In this document: positions 36,886 through 47,814 of the stretch, one piece after another | How the letters are laid out: each line of letters opens with the position of its first letter | Numbering within the stretch: position 1 is the stretch's first letter | Source: an uncultured Noviherbaspirillum sp. | GTDB lineage: Bacteria > Pseudomonadota > Gammaproteobacteria > Burkholderiales > Burkholderiaceae_D | Direction of reading: 5' to 3' | DNA: 64,000 nt | Assembly: GCA_966211585.1 (NCBI GenBank) | Contig: CBIHNU010000013.1 | Location: forward strand, 36,384 to 100,383 | The notes under the pieces: model-generated | Told to the model about the DNA's origin: nothing | Database searches by the model: none | Seen by the model: the letters and a program-made list of their open reading frames with translations, nothing else | Translations under genes and position numbers: made by a program

Positions 36886-37821
36886 TCAGCGCAATGCGTC
36901 GATCATCTTTTCCAGCTTCACCGCATCCGCGCAGAACTGGCGGATGCCTTCGGCCAGCTTTTCCGTACCCATCGCGTCGTCGTTCAACTGATAGCGGAAC
37001 GCTTTTTCGTCCAGCTCGATTTTTTTCAGGTCGGATGCACGCGCTTCTTCCAGGTCCAGCTTGCGCGTGATCGGCGCGTCGCCGTCCGCCAGCTTCGCCA
37101 GCAGTTCCGGGCTGATCGTCAGCAGGTCGCAGCCGGCCAGTTCGATGATCTGCGAGGTGTTGCGGAAGCTCGCGCCCATTACTTCCGTGCTGTAGCCAAA
37201 CTTGCGGTAATAGTTGTAGATGCGCTTGACCGACTGCACGCCGGGATCGTCCGCGCCGCTGTATTCCTGGCCGGTCGACTTCTTGTACCAGTCGTAGATG
37301 CGGCCGACGAAGGGCGAGATCAGCTGCACTCGCGCATCCGCGCAGGCGATCGCCTGCGGCAGCGCGAACAGCAGCGTCATGTTGCAGCGTATGCCTTCCT
37401 TTTCCAGCACTTCGGCGGCGCGAATGCCTTCCCAGGTCGACGCGATCTTGATCAGGATGCGTTCGCGCGGAACGCCTGCTTCTTCGTACAGCGCGATCAG
37501 CGCGCGTCCCTTGGCGATCGTCGCTTGCGTGTCGAACGATAACCTGGCATCGGTCTCGGTCGATACGCGGCCGGGAATGATGTCCAGGATTTCGCGGCCG
37601 AAGGCGACCAGCAGGCGGTCGGTGATGTCGGAGGTCGACTGGCGCATATGATCGCGCACCGCCTTTTCCAGCAGCGGCCGGTACTCGTCCTTTTGCACTG
37701 CTTTCAGGATCAGCGACGGATTGGTGGTGGCATCGCGCGGCGCGAACGCCTTGATCGACTGGAAATCGCCGGTATCGGCGACGATGGTGGTGTATTGCTT
37801 CAGTTGTTCGAGCTGGTTCAT
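36886..37821 (-). CDS. tal: Transaldolase
   Basis: [39 protein letters not shown]. Confidence 0.96.
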   Translation of the reverse strand: MNQLEQLKQYTTIVADTGDFQSIKAFAPRDATTNPSLILKAVQKDEYRPLLEKAVRDHMRQSTSDITDRLLVAFGREILDIIPGRVSTETDARLSFDTQATIAKGRALIALYEEAGVPRERILIKIASTWEGIRAAEVLEKEGIRCNMTLLFALPQAIACADARVQLISPFVGRIYDWYKKSTGQEYSGADDPGVQSVKRIYNYYRKFGYSTEVMGASFRNTSQIIELAGCDLLTISPELLAKLADGDAPITRKLDLEEARASDLKKIELDEKAFRYQLNDDAMGTEKLAEGIRQFCADAVKLEKMIDALR

Positions 37822-37948
37822 AAATCGGAGGTAAAAGCGGAGGTCAAAGAGGCGAAACGTCAATGATAACCAAGTTGCGCGGAGTGCCGGCGCTTTCCGC
37901 GTTCGATTGGATGTGGATCAGCTTGCCCAAACGGAAACCGGAAATGTT

Positions 37949-38818
37949 TCAGGCCTTCGGCGGATGCCTGAGGAAGAAATCGAATTGCATGTCGAGTTTT
38001 TGCAATGCTTTTTGTGCATTCTGCATTTTCTTGCGGAATTCCGGGCCGCGCTTCAGTGCGAGGCCGACCGCAAGGATGTCGATCACCACCAGGTGTGCGA
38101 GGCGCGCGGAGATCGGCGTGTACGGGTCGATGTTGAAACTCAGGTCGATCGGCACCAGCGCAGTCGCCGCGTCCGCCAGCGGCGTGCCGCTCGGGCTCAA
38201 TGCGATCACGTCGGCGCCGACCTTGCGTGCCAGTTGCACGCTATGCAGCAGCGCGGTGCTGTTGCCGCGCTGCGAAATCGCGACGACCGCATCGCCTTTC
38301 TGCAGCAACGCGGCGGAAATCGTGTGGATGTGCGGATCGGCGTACGCGACGGTCGGTATGCCGGAGCGGAAGAACTTGTGCTGTGCATCGGCGGCGACGA
38401 TGCCGGAAGTGCCCTGGCCCCAGAACTCGATCTTGCTGGCGCGCGCCAGTATCTCGAGCGCGCGATCGATCGCGGCCGGCGACAGGTTGTTGCGCAGGTC
38501 CAGCAAGGCGTTGATCGAGCGGCTGCAGATCTTGTTGACCAGGTCGGCGGCCAGGTCGTCCTGCAACGGCGCTTCGTCCAGTTGCGGCAGCGCCAGCGCC
38601 AGCGTCTGCGCCAGCTTCAGCTTGAACTCGTGCCAGCCATCATAGCCGAGCGCGCGGCAGAAACGCACCACGGTCGGTTCGGACACCTGCGCATTCTTGG
38701 CCAGTGCGGTGATGTTGCCGGATACCGCGAGGTCCGGGTTTTTCAGCACCGCGAGCGCCACCTTCTTTTCCGATTTGGACAGGGCGTCGAGTTGCGTACG
38801 GATCGAATCGAGCAGCAT
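37949..38818 (-). CDS. hexR: RpiR-family regulator HexR
   Basis: HTH (VSEPTVVRFCRALG) plus SIS domain. Downstream of zwf. Confidence 0.9.
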   Translation of the reverse strand: MLLDSIRTQLDALSKSEKKVALAVLKNPDLAVSGNITALAKNAQVSEPTVVRFCRALGYDGWHEFKLKLAQTLALALPQLDEAPLQDDLAADLVNKICSRSINALLDLRNNLSPAAIDRALEILARASKIEFWGQGTSGIVAADAQHKFFRSGIPTVAYADPHIHTISAALLQKGDAVVAISQRGNSTALLHSVQLARKVGADVIALSPSGTPLADAATALVPIDLSFNIDPYTPISARLAHLVVIDILAVGLALKRGPEFRKKMQNAQKALQKLDMQFDFFLRHPPKA

Positions 38819-38857
38819 GGCTGGCTTAGCGCGTGGGCGGAGTGGCGACGGCGCTCA

Positions 38858-40333
38858 TTATAGTTCCGGCAATGCCTCTTCCCGCCACTGCAGGCCGTCG
38901 CGCCCGATCAGCGCGCTGGCCGCGGCCGGGCCCCAGCTTCCGGCGGTGTACGGAATCGGTTCGTCGCCTTCCTGTTCCCAATAATCGAGAATCGGCTCGA
39001 CCCATTCCCATGCGGCTTCCAGTTCGTCGCTGCGCATGAACAGCGTGAGCTGGCCGCGCAGCACGTCGAGCAGCAGCCGCTCATACGCATCCATGCGCGG
39101 CATCTTGAAGGTTTCGCGGAAATCCAGTTCCAGTTCGACCGGACGCAGCCGCATGCCGTCGCCCGGCGTCTTGGCCATCAGGTTCAACTGCAAGCCTTCG
39201 TCCGGCTGCAGCCGGATCACCAGGCAGTTCGGCTGGAAACTGCTGTTCGGCTGCGCGAAAATCGAATGCGGGATCGCCTTGAAGCGCACCACGATTTCGG
39301 CCAACTGGTCCGCCATGCGCTTGCCGGTGCGCAGGTAGAACGGCACGCCGGCCCAGCGCCAGGTCTCGATCTCGGCCTTGACCGCGACGAAGGTTTCGGT
39401 GCGGGAGGCCGGATTCGCTTGCGGCTCCTTGCGGTAGCCGGGCACTGCGGCGCCGTCGACGTGGCCGGAGCGATACTGGCCGCGGATCACGTTTTGCGCC
39501 AGCGTGTGCGGCGTGAAGCGCTTGAGCGAGCGCAGCACCTTCAGTTTTTCGTCGCGCACCGCATTCGGTGTGGCGGAGGTGGGAGGTTCCATCGCGACGA
39601 TGCAGAGTAGTTGCAGCAGATGGTTCTGCAGCATGTCGCGCAGCGCGCCGGCGGTTTCGTAATAGTCCATCCGGTTGCCGACGCCGAGCTCTTCCGCGAT
39701 CGTGATCTGCACGTCGGAAATCCATTCGCGCCGCCACAGCGGTTCGAACAGCACGTTGCCGAAGCGCAGCGCCAGCAGGTTCTGCACCGTTTCCTTGCCG
39801 AGGTAATGGTCGATGCGGAAAATCTGCGATTCGGAAAACACGCGGCCGACTTCCGCATTGATCTGCCGCGCGCTCGCCAGGTCGCGGCCGAGCGGCTTTT
39901 CGAGCACCACGCGCGAGGTCGGCGTTGCGAGTCCGCAGGTCGCCAGGTTGTGGCAGATCTTCGCGAACAGGCTGGGCGGCGTCGCCAGGTAGAACACGCG
40001 GGTGATCTTGTGGTCCGGCATTTCCGGGCGCATTGCCTCGACCAGCGCCTGGTAGGTCGCGGGGTCGTTCGCGTCCAGCGCGACGTATTGAAGGCGCGCG
40101 CAAAACGTGTTCCACACCGCATTATCGAATTCCGCCACATGCGGCTTCGCATTCTGCTCGACTTCTTTCAGGAACTTGTCGCGGCTCCAGTCGTGCCGGC
40201 CGACGCAGATGATGCGCGCCGACGAAGGCAGGTCGTGCGAGCGGTCGCGGTTGTACAGTGCGGGCAGCAGCTTGCGCATCGACAGGTCGCCGCTGCCGCC
40301 GAATAACACCAGGTCGAAATCGGTAAGAGCCAT
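38858..40333 (-). CDS. zwf: Glucose-6-phosphate 1-dehydrogenase
   Basis: GGSGDLS, EKPLG, RIDHYLGKE, RWAGVPFYLRTGKR. Confidence 0.96.
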   Translation of the reverse strand: MALTDFDLVLFGGSGDLSMRKLLPALYNRDRSHDLPSSARIICVGRHDWSRDKFLKEVEQNAKPHVAEFDNAVWNTFCARLQYVALDANDPATYQALVEAMRPEMPDHKITRVFYLATPPSLFAKICHNLATCGLATPTSRVVLEKPLGRDLASARQINAEVGRVFSESQIFRIDHYLGKETVQNLLALRFGNVLFEPLWRREWISDVQITIAEELGVGNRMDYYETAGALRDMLQNHLLQLLCIVAMEPPTSATPNAVRDEKLKVLRSLKRFTPHTLAQNVIRGQYRSGHVDGAAVPGYRKEPQANPASRTETFVAVKAEIETWRWAGVPFYLRTGKRMADQLAEIVVRFKAIPHSIFAQPNSSFQPNCLVIRLQPDEGLQLNLMAKTPGDGMRLRPVELELDFRETFKMPRMDAYERLLLDVLRGQLTLFMRSDELEAAWEWVEPILDYWEQEGDEPIPYTAGSWGPAAASALIGRDGLQWREEALPEL

Positions 40334-40401
40334 GGTTTGTAATGGATTAATGTAAAAAGGATGCCGCCGCAACGCCTGACGCGCCAGCAGCCGCGTTTGT
40401 C

Positions 40402-42048
40402 TCAGCGAGCGGCCGCCCGTGCCCGTTCGATCAGCGCGTTGGTTGAGCCGTCGTGCGCTTCGGGATGCGGTTTCCCGGTCAGTTCGTGCTCGATGTTTTT
40501 CGCCAGCACCTTGCCGAGCTCCACGCCCCACTGATCGAAGCTGTTGATGTCCCACACCACGCCTTGCACGAATACCTTGTGCTCGTACAGTGCAACCAGA
40601 GCGCCCAGCGTGGCAGGCGTCAACGCATCCATCAGGATCGTGTTGCTCGGGTGATTGCCTGGGAAAGAGCGGTGCGGCAACAAGGCTTCGATCGTGTTTT
40701 CGGCGATATGTTGCGCCTGCATTTCGGCACGCACTTCATCGGCGCTCTTGCCGCGCATGAAGGCTTCCGATTGCGCGAAACAGTTTGCCAGCAACACGGT
40801 GTGATGCCCGGCAATGCCGTGGCTCGGCGCCAGTGCCGCAATGAAATCGACCGGCGTCATGTCGGTGCCCAGATGCAGCAACTGGAAATATGCGTGCTGG
40901 CCGTTGGTGCCAACGTCGCCCCAGACAACGGGGCAGGTTGCGACGTCGACTTCCGCGCCACCAGCGGTCACGCGCTTGCCGTTGCTTTCCATTTCCAGTT
41001 GTTGCAGATAGGCAGGGAAGCGGCTCAGATCCTGATGGTACGGTGCGATCGATAGTGAAGTGGTGCCGAAGAAATTGCGATACCAGAGGCCGAGCATACC
41101 GAGGATCGCCGGCATGTTGCGCTCCAGCGGCGCGGTGCGGAAATGCTGGTCCATCGCATGTGCGCCGGCCAGGAATTCGCTGAAACGGTCGAATCCGATC
41201 GCCAGCGCGATCGGCAGGCCGATCGCCGACCAGATCGAATAGCGGCCGCCGACCCAGTCCCAGAACGGGAACATGTTGTCCGGATCGATGCCGAACGCGC
41301 GCACCGCCTCGGTATTGGTCGATACCGCGACGAAATGTTTCGTCAGGTCCGCTTCGTCACCATGACCGAGAAACCATGCGCGCGCCGACTGCGCGTTCAT
41401 CATGGTCTCGCGGGTGGTAAATGTTTTCGATGCAATAATGAACAGCGTGGTGTCCGGCTTGACCCTGGCCAGCACCGCGTCGAGGTCGTGCGCGTCGACA
41501 TTCGACACGAAATGCATGGTCAGCCGCGGATGCACGAAAGGCCGCAACGCGAGGCAGGCCATTTCCGGGCCGAGGTCGGAGCCGCCGATGCCGATGTTGA
41601 CGATATCGGTGATCGGCTTGCCGCTGCGGCCGCACCATTGCCCGGAGCGCACGCGCTCGCTGAACGCATGGATCCGATCGAGCACCGCATGAACCTCTTG
41701 CATGACATTCTGTCCATCCACCATCAGCGTTTCGCCGCGCGGCGCGCGCAGCGCGGTATGCAGCACCGCGCGCTGTTCGGTGGTGTTGATCTTTTCGCCG
41801 GCAAACATTGCGTCGCGCTTTTGCTCGACACCGCAGTCGCGCGCCAGATCGGCCAGCAGCCGCATGGTCGTCGCGTCGACACGGTTTTTCGAATAGTCGA
41901 GCAACAGGCCGGCGGCTTCGAGCGACAGGCGGTCGAAGCGGTCGGGGTCGTGCGCGAACAGCGTGCGCATTTGCCACTTGCCCGCTTCGACATAATGCGA
42001 GGCGAGGGCGTGGAAAGCGGGGCGGGTGCTGAGAACGGGTCGTTGCAT
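40402..42048 (-). CDS. pgi: Glucose-6-phosphate isomerase
   Basis: [36 protein letters not shown]. Confidence 0.96.
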   Translation of the reverse strand: MQRPVLSTRPAFHALASHYVEAGKWQMRTLFAHDPDRFDRLSLEAAGLLLDYSKNRVDATTMRLLADLARDCGVEQKRDAMFAGEKINTTEQRAVLHTALRAPRGETLMVDGQNVMQEVHAVLDRIHAFSERVRSGQWCGRSGKPITDIVNIGIGGSDLGPEMACLALRPFVHPRLTMHFVSNVDAHDLDAVLARVKPDTTLFIIASKTFTTRETMMNAQSARAWFLGHGDEADLTKHFVAVSTNTEAVRAFGIDPDNMFPFWDWVGGRYSIWSAIGLPIALAIGFDRFSEFLAGAHAMDQHFRTAPLERNMPAILGMLGLWYRNFFGTTSLSIAPYHQDLSRFPAYLQQLEMESNGKRVTAGGAEVDVATCPVVWGDVGTNGQHAYFQLLHLGTDMTPVDFIAALAPSHGIAGHHTVLLANCFAQSEAFMRGKSADEVRAEMQAQHIAENTIEALLPHRSFPGNHPSNTILMDALTPATLGALVALYEHKVFVQGVVWDINSFDQWGVELGKVLAKNIEHELTGKPHPEAHDGSTNALIERARAAAR

Positions 42049-42099
42049 GATGGTCGTATTGTGAAAATGCCTCGATCGATCAACTATACATCAATTTAT

Positions 42100-42114
42100 G
42101 GTAATTTCACTACA
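42100..42114. promoter_or_regulatory. Candidate HexR operator (pgi side)
   Basis: GGTAATTTCACTACA resembles the tGTAAT-N3-ATTACa / GTAGT-N3-ACTAC HexR palindrome. Confidence 0.55.
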
Positions 42115-42257
42115 TATTGTTTGAGCGGCCTTGCATCGCCCTTGATATTTGTCATCCGGCAGCATAGTGCAGTTGTGCTATGCAAACAAAGGCGCAGGAC
42201 ATCTTCTTGTGCCGTAATCGGTTCGGTGCGGGATGCGGCAGGCGGAAAATGAAAAAT

Positions 42258-42272
42258 AGTAGTAAAATTTCA
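42258..42272. promoter_or_regulatory. Candidate HexR operator (edd side)
   Basis: AGTAGTAAAATTTCA, a weaker match to the same palindrome, 22 nt upstream of edd. Confidence 0.4.
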
Positions 42273-42294
42273 TAAAATATTTCAGGAGCTTCTC

Positions 42295-44208
42295 ATGGCC
42301 CTTCATTCAGTCCTTGCCTCGGTCACCGATCGCATTGTCGGTCGCAGCCGCCCGACCCGTCTCGCTTATCTCGCCCGCCTGGATGCGGCGCGCAGCCGGG
42401 GCGTACATCGCTCCGCTTTGTCCTGTACCAACCTGGCACATGGATTCGCGTCCTTCCCGGCGCACGACAAGCTGGTGCTGAAGCAGCAGCGCGATCCGTC
42501 AGTGGCGATCGTGTCTTCCTACAACGACATGCTGTCCGCACATCAGCCGTTCGAACGCTTTCCGCACATCATCAAGGAAGCGGTGCGCGCCGCCGGCGGC
42601 GTGGCCCAGTTCGCCGGCGGCGTGCCGGCGATGTGCGATGGCGTGACGCAAGGCCAGCCAGGCATGGAGCTGTCGCTGTTTTCGCGCGACACGATCGCCA
42701 TGGCGACCGCAATCGCGCTGTCGCACAACATGTTCGATGCGGCGGTCTATCTCGGCGTGTGCGACAAGATCGTGCCGGGCCTGCTGATCGGCGCGCTGCA
42801 TTTCGGCCATCTGCCCGCCGTGTTCATCCCCGCCGGTCCGATGACGACAGGCATCGCGAATTCGGAAAAGGCCAGGATCCGCCAGCTGTACGCGCAGGGC
42901 AAGATCGGGCGCGAGGAACTGCTGGAGTCGGAATCGCAGTCCTACCATGCACCCGGTACCTGCACCTTCTACGGCACCGCCAACAGCAACCAGATGCTGA
43001 TGGAAGTGATGGGCCTGCATCTGCCGGGCGCCGCATTCATCACGCCGAACACGCCGTTGCGCGATGCGCTGACTGCCGCCGGCGCGCGCCGCGCAGTCGA
43101 GATCAGTGCCGAGCGCGGGCATTACACGCCGGTGGGCCATGTGGTCGACGAGAAGACGATCGTCAATGCGATCGTCGCATTGCTGGCGACCGGTGGCTCG
43201 ACCAATCACACGCTGCATCTGGTCGCGATCGCCAAGGCGGCCGGCATCGTGATCGACTGGGACGATTTCGATGCGCTGTCGGCGGTGACGCCACTGCTGA
43301 CGCGCATCTATCCGAACGGCGAGGCCGACATCAATTATTTTCAGGCGGCTGGCGGCCCCGGCTTCGTGATCCGCGAGCTGCTCGATGCCGGCCTGCTGCA
43401 TGACGACGTGAGCACGATTCTCGGTCACGGCCTGCGTGCGCATTGCAGCGAACCCTTCCTCGAAGGGCAGTCGGTGATGTGGCGTCCGACGCCGCAGGCC
43501 AGTGGCGATCCAGCCGTGCTGCGCGGCGCCGCCGAACCATTTTCCCTGGACGGCGGACTGCGCCTGTTGAAGGGCAATCTCGGCCGTGCGGTGGTCAAGA
43601 CTTCTGCGGTGAAACCGCAGCATCGGCTGGTCGAGGCGCCCGCCATCGTGTTCGATTCGCAGGAAGCATTCATGCAGGCGTACAAGGCCGGCACACTGGA
43701 CCGCGACTTCGTCGCCGTGGTGCGCTACCAGGGACCGCGCGCCAACGGCATGCCGGAACTGCATGCACTGACGCCGGCGCTGGCCAATCTGCAGGATGCC
43801 GGTCGCCATGTCGCGCTGGTCACCGACGGCCGCATGTCCGGTGCATCCGGCAAGGTGCCGGCCGCGATCCACGTATCGCCGGAAGTGCTGGCCGGTGGTC
43901 CGCTCGGCCGCGTGCGCAGCGGCGACCTGATCCGGCTCGACGCCGAGAATGGCATCCTGCAGGCGCTGGTGCCGGAAGCCGAATGGGCTGCGCGCGATGC
44001 CACGCCGGCAGCCGATCTGTCGGCGAACCAGGTCGGCATGGGGCGCGAGCTGTTCGCGATGTTCCGTCATTCGGTCAGCGAAGCCGAGCAGGGCGCCGCC
44101 ACCTTCGGCCTGCCGCCGCCGCTGCATCTGCCGGAAGAAAACGACAATCCGCTCGCGGTACCCGAGGGTAATTCTTCGTCGGATGAAGACCATCTGATTT
44201 CACGCTAA
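42295..44208 (+). CDS. edd: Phosphogluconate dehydratase
   Basis: [45 protein letters not shown]. Confidence 0.96.
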   Translation: MALHSVLASVTDRIVGRSRPTRLAYLARLDAARSRGVHRSALSCTNLAHGFASFPAHDKLVLKQQRDPSVAIVSSYNDMLSAHQPFERFPHIIKEAVRAAGGVAQFAGGVPAMCDGVTQGQPGMELSLFSRDTIAMATAIALSHNMFDAAVYLGVCDKIVPGLLIGALHFGHLPAVFIPAGPMTTGIANSEKARIRQLYAQGKIGREELLESESQSYHAPGTCTFYGTANSNQMLMEVMGLHLPGAAFITPNTPLRDALTAAGARRAVEISAERGHYTPVGHVVDEKTIVNAIVALLATGGSTNHTLHLVAIAKAAGIVIDWDDFDALSAVTPLLTRIYPNGEADINYFQAAGGPGFVIRELLDAGLLHDDVSTILGHGLRAHCSEPFLEGQSVMWRPTPQASGDPAVLRGAAEPFSLDGGLRLLKGNLGRAVVKTSAVKPQHRLVEAPAIVFDSQEAFMQAYKAGTLDRDFVAVVRYQGPRANGMPELHALTPALANLQDAGRHVALVTDGRMSGASGKVPAAIHVSPEVLAGGPLGRVRSGDLIRLDAENGILQALVPEAEWAARDATPAADLSANQVGMGRELFAMFRHSVSEAEQGAATFGLPPPLHLPEENDNPLAVPEGNSSSDEDHLISR

Positions 44209-44221
44209 TTTCACGCTAATT
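44197..44221 (+). repeat. 11-bp tandem duplication spanning the edd stop codon
   Basis: ATTTCACGCTA ATTTCACGCTA ATT. Confidence 0.85.
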
Positions 44222-44243
44222 GCAGACCAACCGAAAGCCGCCC

Positions 44244-44873
44244 ATGACCATGTCAATGCTGGAAATCATGTTTGCCTCGCCGGTCATCCCGGTGATTGCG
44301 ATCGACGATATCGCGCACGCGGTGCCGCTCGCCAACGCGCTGGTTGCCGGCGGCATCCGGGTGCTGGAAGTGACGCTGCGTACCGCGCACGGCCTGCCCG
44401 CGATTCGCGCGATTGCGGAACAGGTGCCGCAGGCGATCGTCGGTGTCGGCACGCTGACGCAGCGCGACGAATTCGCCGCTGCGCGCGACGCCGGCGCGGT
44501 ATTCGGCGTTTCGCCGGGACTCACGCCGAGCCTGATCGATGCCGCGAAATCCAGCGGCCTGCCGCTGCTGCCCGGTGTGATGTCGCCGTCCGAAGTGATG
44601 GCTGCGCGCGAAGCCGGGTTCCGTCACCTGAAGCTGTTTCCGGCGGTGCCGGCCGGCGGTATCGGCATGCTGAACGCCATCGCCGGTCCCTTGCCGGATG
44701 TGACTTTCTGTCCAACCGGCGGCATTTCGCAGCAGACCGCGGCGCAGTTTCTCGCCTGTAAAAACGTCGCCTGCGTCGGCGGTTCATGGCTGACGCCGAA
44801 GGATGCGATGAAGGCGGGGGATTGGGGCAGGATTACCGCGCTGGCCGTGGCCGCCAGCGGGTTGCGTACCTAA
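44244..44873 (+). CDS. eda: KDPG/KHG aldolase
   Basis: GGIRVLEVTLRT, VGVGT, LKLFPA, FCPTGGI. Confidence 0.95.
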   Translation: MTMSMLEIMFASPVIPVIAIDDIAHAVPLANALVAGGIRVLEVTLRTAHGLPAIRAIAEQVPQAIVGVGTLTQRDEFAAARDAGAVFGVSPGLTPSLIDAAKSSGLPLLPGVMSPSEVMAAREAGFRHLKLFPAVPAGGIGMLNAIAGPLPDVTFCPTGGISQQTAAQFLACKNVACVGGSWLTPKDAMKAGDWGRITALAVAASGLRT

Positions 44874-45865
44874 ACGGGCGATTTTTCCTCGGCCTGCACC
44901 ACGACGCAATTGCGCCCCGAGCGCTTGGCCTGATAAAGCGCCCGGTCGGCCGCGTGGAGCAGGGTGCTCATCTTGCTCGGATGGCCGGGCGTCAGCGTGC
45001 TGACGCCGAGACTGATCGTGACGCATCGGGCGACACCGGATCGGGCATGTTCCAGCGCCAGCGCCTCGACCGCCGCTCGCATCGCTTCGGCCACCTGCAA
45101 TGCGCCCTCAGGGTCGGTGTCCGGCAATATTACGGTGAATTCCTCGCCGCCATAACGCGCGACCAGGTCGCGCGGACGATGCAGCGTGTCGCTCAGCGCA
45201 GCGGCGATCCGCGCCAGGCATTCGTCGCCGCGCTGGTGACCGTAGTTGTCGTTGTAGTCCTTGAAAAAATCGACGTCGATCATCACCAGCGACAGCGGCG
45301 ACGCCGCGCGCTTGGCACGCCGGAATTCGTCTTCCAGGTGAAGATCGAAACGGCGCCGGTTGGCGATGCCGGTCAATCCGTCGACCAGGGTCTGCGATTC
45401 CAGTTCGACCGCCAGTTCGCGCAGCTTGCGCTCGCGCGACACCGCCATGCTGACGTCGGTGATCTGCACCAGGCAGTGGCGCGGCACGCCGGCGACTTCG
45501 AGCGGCACCACATGCACCGCCTGCTGCATGCGCATACCGCCGGCAGCATCCGCCGTCGTTGCGTGAAGCGGAAACGGCGCCTTGTTCAGTGTCTGCGAAA
45601 TCAGCGATGCGAAATTGTTGTGCAGCGCTTCGCGGATTGCGGCATGCGTGCGGCCGTCGACCATGTCCGGGAACACCTCGGCAAAGGTCTTGCCCAGCAC
45701 TTCCGCGGTCGGAAAGCGCGAATGCTGCTCGACCCAATGATTCCACAGCACGATACGCTGCTGCGCATCGAATACGATCACGCCCGCGCGCACTGCCTTC
45801 AGCACGCTGTTCAACAGCTCGGGTTGCGTATCCGACCGGTGTTCCGGCCTGCTTTTGATGGACAT
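44870..45865 (-). CDS. PAS-GGDEF diguanylate cyclase
   Basis: PAS (GVIVFD...WN...EVLGK), DGLTGIANRR, DVDFFKDYNDNYGHQRGD, I-site RPRD, GGEEF. Confidence 0.92.
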   Translation of the reverse strand: MSIKSRPEHRSDTQPELLNSVLKAVRAGVIVFDAQQRIVLWNHWVEQHSRFPTAEVLGKTFAEVFPDMVDGRTHAAIREALHNNFASLISQTLNKAPFPLHATTADAAGGMRMQQAVHVVPLEVAGVPRHCLVQITDVSMAVSRERKLRELAVELESQTLVDGLTGIANRRRFDLHLEDEFRRAKRAASPLSLVMIDVDFFKDYNDNYGHQRGDECLARIAAALSDTLHRPRDLVARYGGEEFTVILPDTDPEGALQVAEAMRAAVEALALEHARSGVARCVTISLGVSTLTPGHPSKMSTLLHAADRALYQAKRSGRNCVVVQAEEKSPV

Positions 45866-45867
45866 GC

Positions 45868-46482
45868 CTAACCCGTCAGCTTTCGGAGGTAATCGTCGAT
45901 GTACTGCTGCAGATCCTGCAGGGCAGGCATGTCGAGCAGGAACGCGACATAACCGTGGATGTAGTGCTTTTCGATGTTGAAATCGATTTTCAGTGTCAGC
46001 ACCACGCCGTCCCATTCCTTGCCCGATACGCCGAGGATGTCGTCGCCGGTGCCGACATGGTAGACCGGCAGCGAGCCGTTCAGCTCCTTGCCGGACGCAT
46101 TGGCGAACGAGCCCATGCAGGAATTCAGGATGATGTTGCCGATCTCGCTCATCGCCTCCTGTTCCATCTCGCTCAGCTCTTCCATCGTCAGACTCTGGCC
46201 GACCATCAGGCGCACGATTTCCAGGCTTTTCTCTTCCGGGAACATCAGGAAGGCTTCCGTGTTGAACGCGCCTTCGAAATGCTGCGCGATCGCACAGATG
46301 CGGCGTCCTTCGGTACTGCCCAGCGCCTTCGCGACTTCGGCGCGGCTCTGGAAAGCGATCATCGGCACCGACATCGTCACTTCTTCATTGACGATGCGGC
46401 TCATGGCGGCCGCGGCCCGGCCGACGCCGAGGTTGAAGATTTCAACCAGGGCATCATGCTGGATATCCGTGAGCTGGAACAT
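45868..46482 (-). CDS. cheC: CheC-like protein phosphatase
   Basis: Two ExxN motifs (EIFN, EIGN). 204 aa, coupled to the REC gene. Confidence 0.85.
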   Translation of the reverse strand: MFQLTDIQHDALVEIFNLGVGRAAAAMSRIVNEEVTMSVPMIAFQSRAEVAKALGSTEGRRICAIAQHFEGAFNTEAFLMFPEEKSLEIVRLMVGQSLTMEELSEMEQEAMSEIGNIILNSCMGSFANASGKELNGSLPVYHVGTGDDILGVSGKEWDGVVLTLKIDFNIEKHYIHGYVAFLLDMPALQDLQQYIDDYLRKLTG

Positions 46483-46844
46483 CAGGGGCTTTCGAGAACG
46501 GCGATGATCTGGTCGATGCGGGCTTCGGTAATCGGTTTTTCCGCGAAACTGATTCCCAGCGCGACCGCCCGATCGCGCGTCGCATCCTGCACGTTTGCCG
46601 TCAGCAACGTGATGCGGACGGCCGGATATCGCTGGCGGATTTTTTCGACGGCGGCGAAACCGCCCATGCCGGGCATGTTCAGGTCGAGCATGATCAGGTC
46701 GGGTGCAATGGACTGCAGCTTGTCCAGCGCTTCTTCGCCGCTGGCCGCTTCGGCCACGGTCCAGTCAGGGTGCTTCTGCAGGATGAACTGCCGGGAGAGC
46801 AGGCGTGATACCCGGCTGTCATCCACTACAAGTATCGTTGTCAT
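46482..46844 (-). CDS. Single-domain CheY-like response regulator
   Basis: ILVVDDS, phospho-acceptor in MLDLNMP, LLTA, KP. 120 aa. Confidence 0.9.
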   Translation of the reverse strand: MTTILVVDDSRVSRLLSRQFILQKHPDWTVAEAASGEEALDKLQSIAPDLIMLDLNMPGMGGFAAVEKIRQRYPAVRITLLTANVQDATRDRAVALGISFAEKPITEARIDQIIAVLESP

Positions 46845-46993
46845 TTTTATATCGTTAGGTTCAATATGCGCCAAATAACTCTTCTCGATAAGTCTACCAT
46901 CCGATTGCGGCCCGGTTTTCAAGCTTTCAGAGAAAAACGCGATGGCTTGCCGAGCGTCGCTTAAAATAAGCCAATTCTTTTTTTTCATTCATC

Positions 46994-47665
46994 ATGACTC
47001 AAGACGAACTGAAACAGGCGGTGGCCCGCGCCGCGATCGACTACGTGCCGGAAGGCGAAATCATCGGCGTCGGCACCGGCTCTACCGCCAACTATTTCAT
47101 CGACGAACTCGGCCGCATCAAGGGTCGCATCAAGGGCGCGGTTGCATCGTCGGAAGCGACTGCGGCGCGGCTGAGATCGCACGGCATTGCAGTGCTGGAC
47201 CTGAACGAGGTCGAGTCGATGTCGGTATATATCGATGGCGCCGACGAAATCACATCGCAAGGCGCGATGATCAAGGGCGGCGGCGCTGCGCTGACGCGCG
47301 AGAAAATCGTCGCCTCGGTTGCGCACAAATTCGTCTGCATCGCCGACGGCTCCAAGCTGGTCGGCATGCTCGGCGCGTTTCCGCTGCCGGTGGAGGTGAT
47401 ACCGATGGCGCGCGCGGTGGTAGCGCGCAAGCTGGCGGCACTGGGCGGTGAGCCACGCTTGCGGCTGAAGGACGGTCAGCCGCTGCTGACCGACAATGGC
47501 TGCATGATCATCGATATGGTCGGTTTGAAGATCGCCGACCCGATCGCGCTGGAAGCGCAGATCAACAATATTGTCGGCGTGGTGACGGTCGGGTTGTTCG
47601 CGCAGCGCGGTGCGAACGTTGCGCTGCTGGGTACCGAAGATGGCGTGAAGACGCTGACGTTCTGA
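46994..47665 (+). CDS. rpiA: Ribose-5-phosphate isomerase A
   Basis: [32 protein letters not shown]. Confidence 0.96.
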   Translation: MTQDELKQAVARAAIDYVPEGEIIGVGTGSTANYFIDELGRIKGRIKGAVASSEATAARLRSHGIAVLDLNEVESMSVYIDGADEITSQGAMIKGGGAALTREKIVASVAHKFVCIADGSKLVGMLGAFPLPVEVIPMARAVVARKLAALGGEPRLRLKDGQPLLTDNGCMIIDMVGLKIADPIALEAQINNIVGVVTVGLFAQRGANVALLGTEDGVKTLTF

Positions 47666-47682
47666 TACGTCGCGCGCCAGGG

Positions 47683-47720
47683 AAAAAGCCTGCCGGTATT
47701 GGTGTCGGCGAGCTTTTTTT
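47683..47720 (+). terminator. Intrinsic terminator after rpiA
   Basis: AAAAAGC-CTGCCG...CGGCGA-GCTTTTTTT, an imperfect stem followed by T7. Confidence 0.65.
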
Positions 47721-47814
47721 CGTGTTGAGAAGGTGCGGTATTTGTCCCGCGGTGCGGGCACGAGATCAATGTATTTTTCCTGAGTGAGAGGTGGGTGAGG
47801 GGCGCGCACGCTCC

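Noticed and set aside
42499-44193. 564-aa minus-strand ORF
   Set aside because: Antisense shadow of edd.
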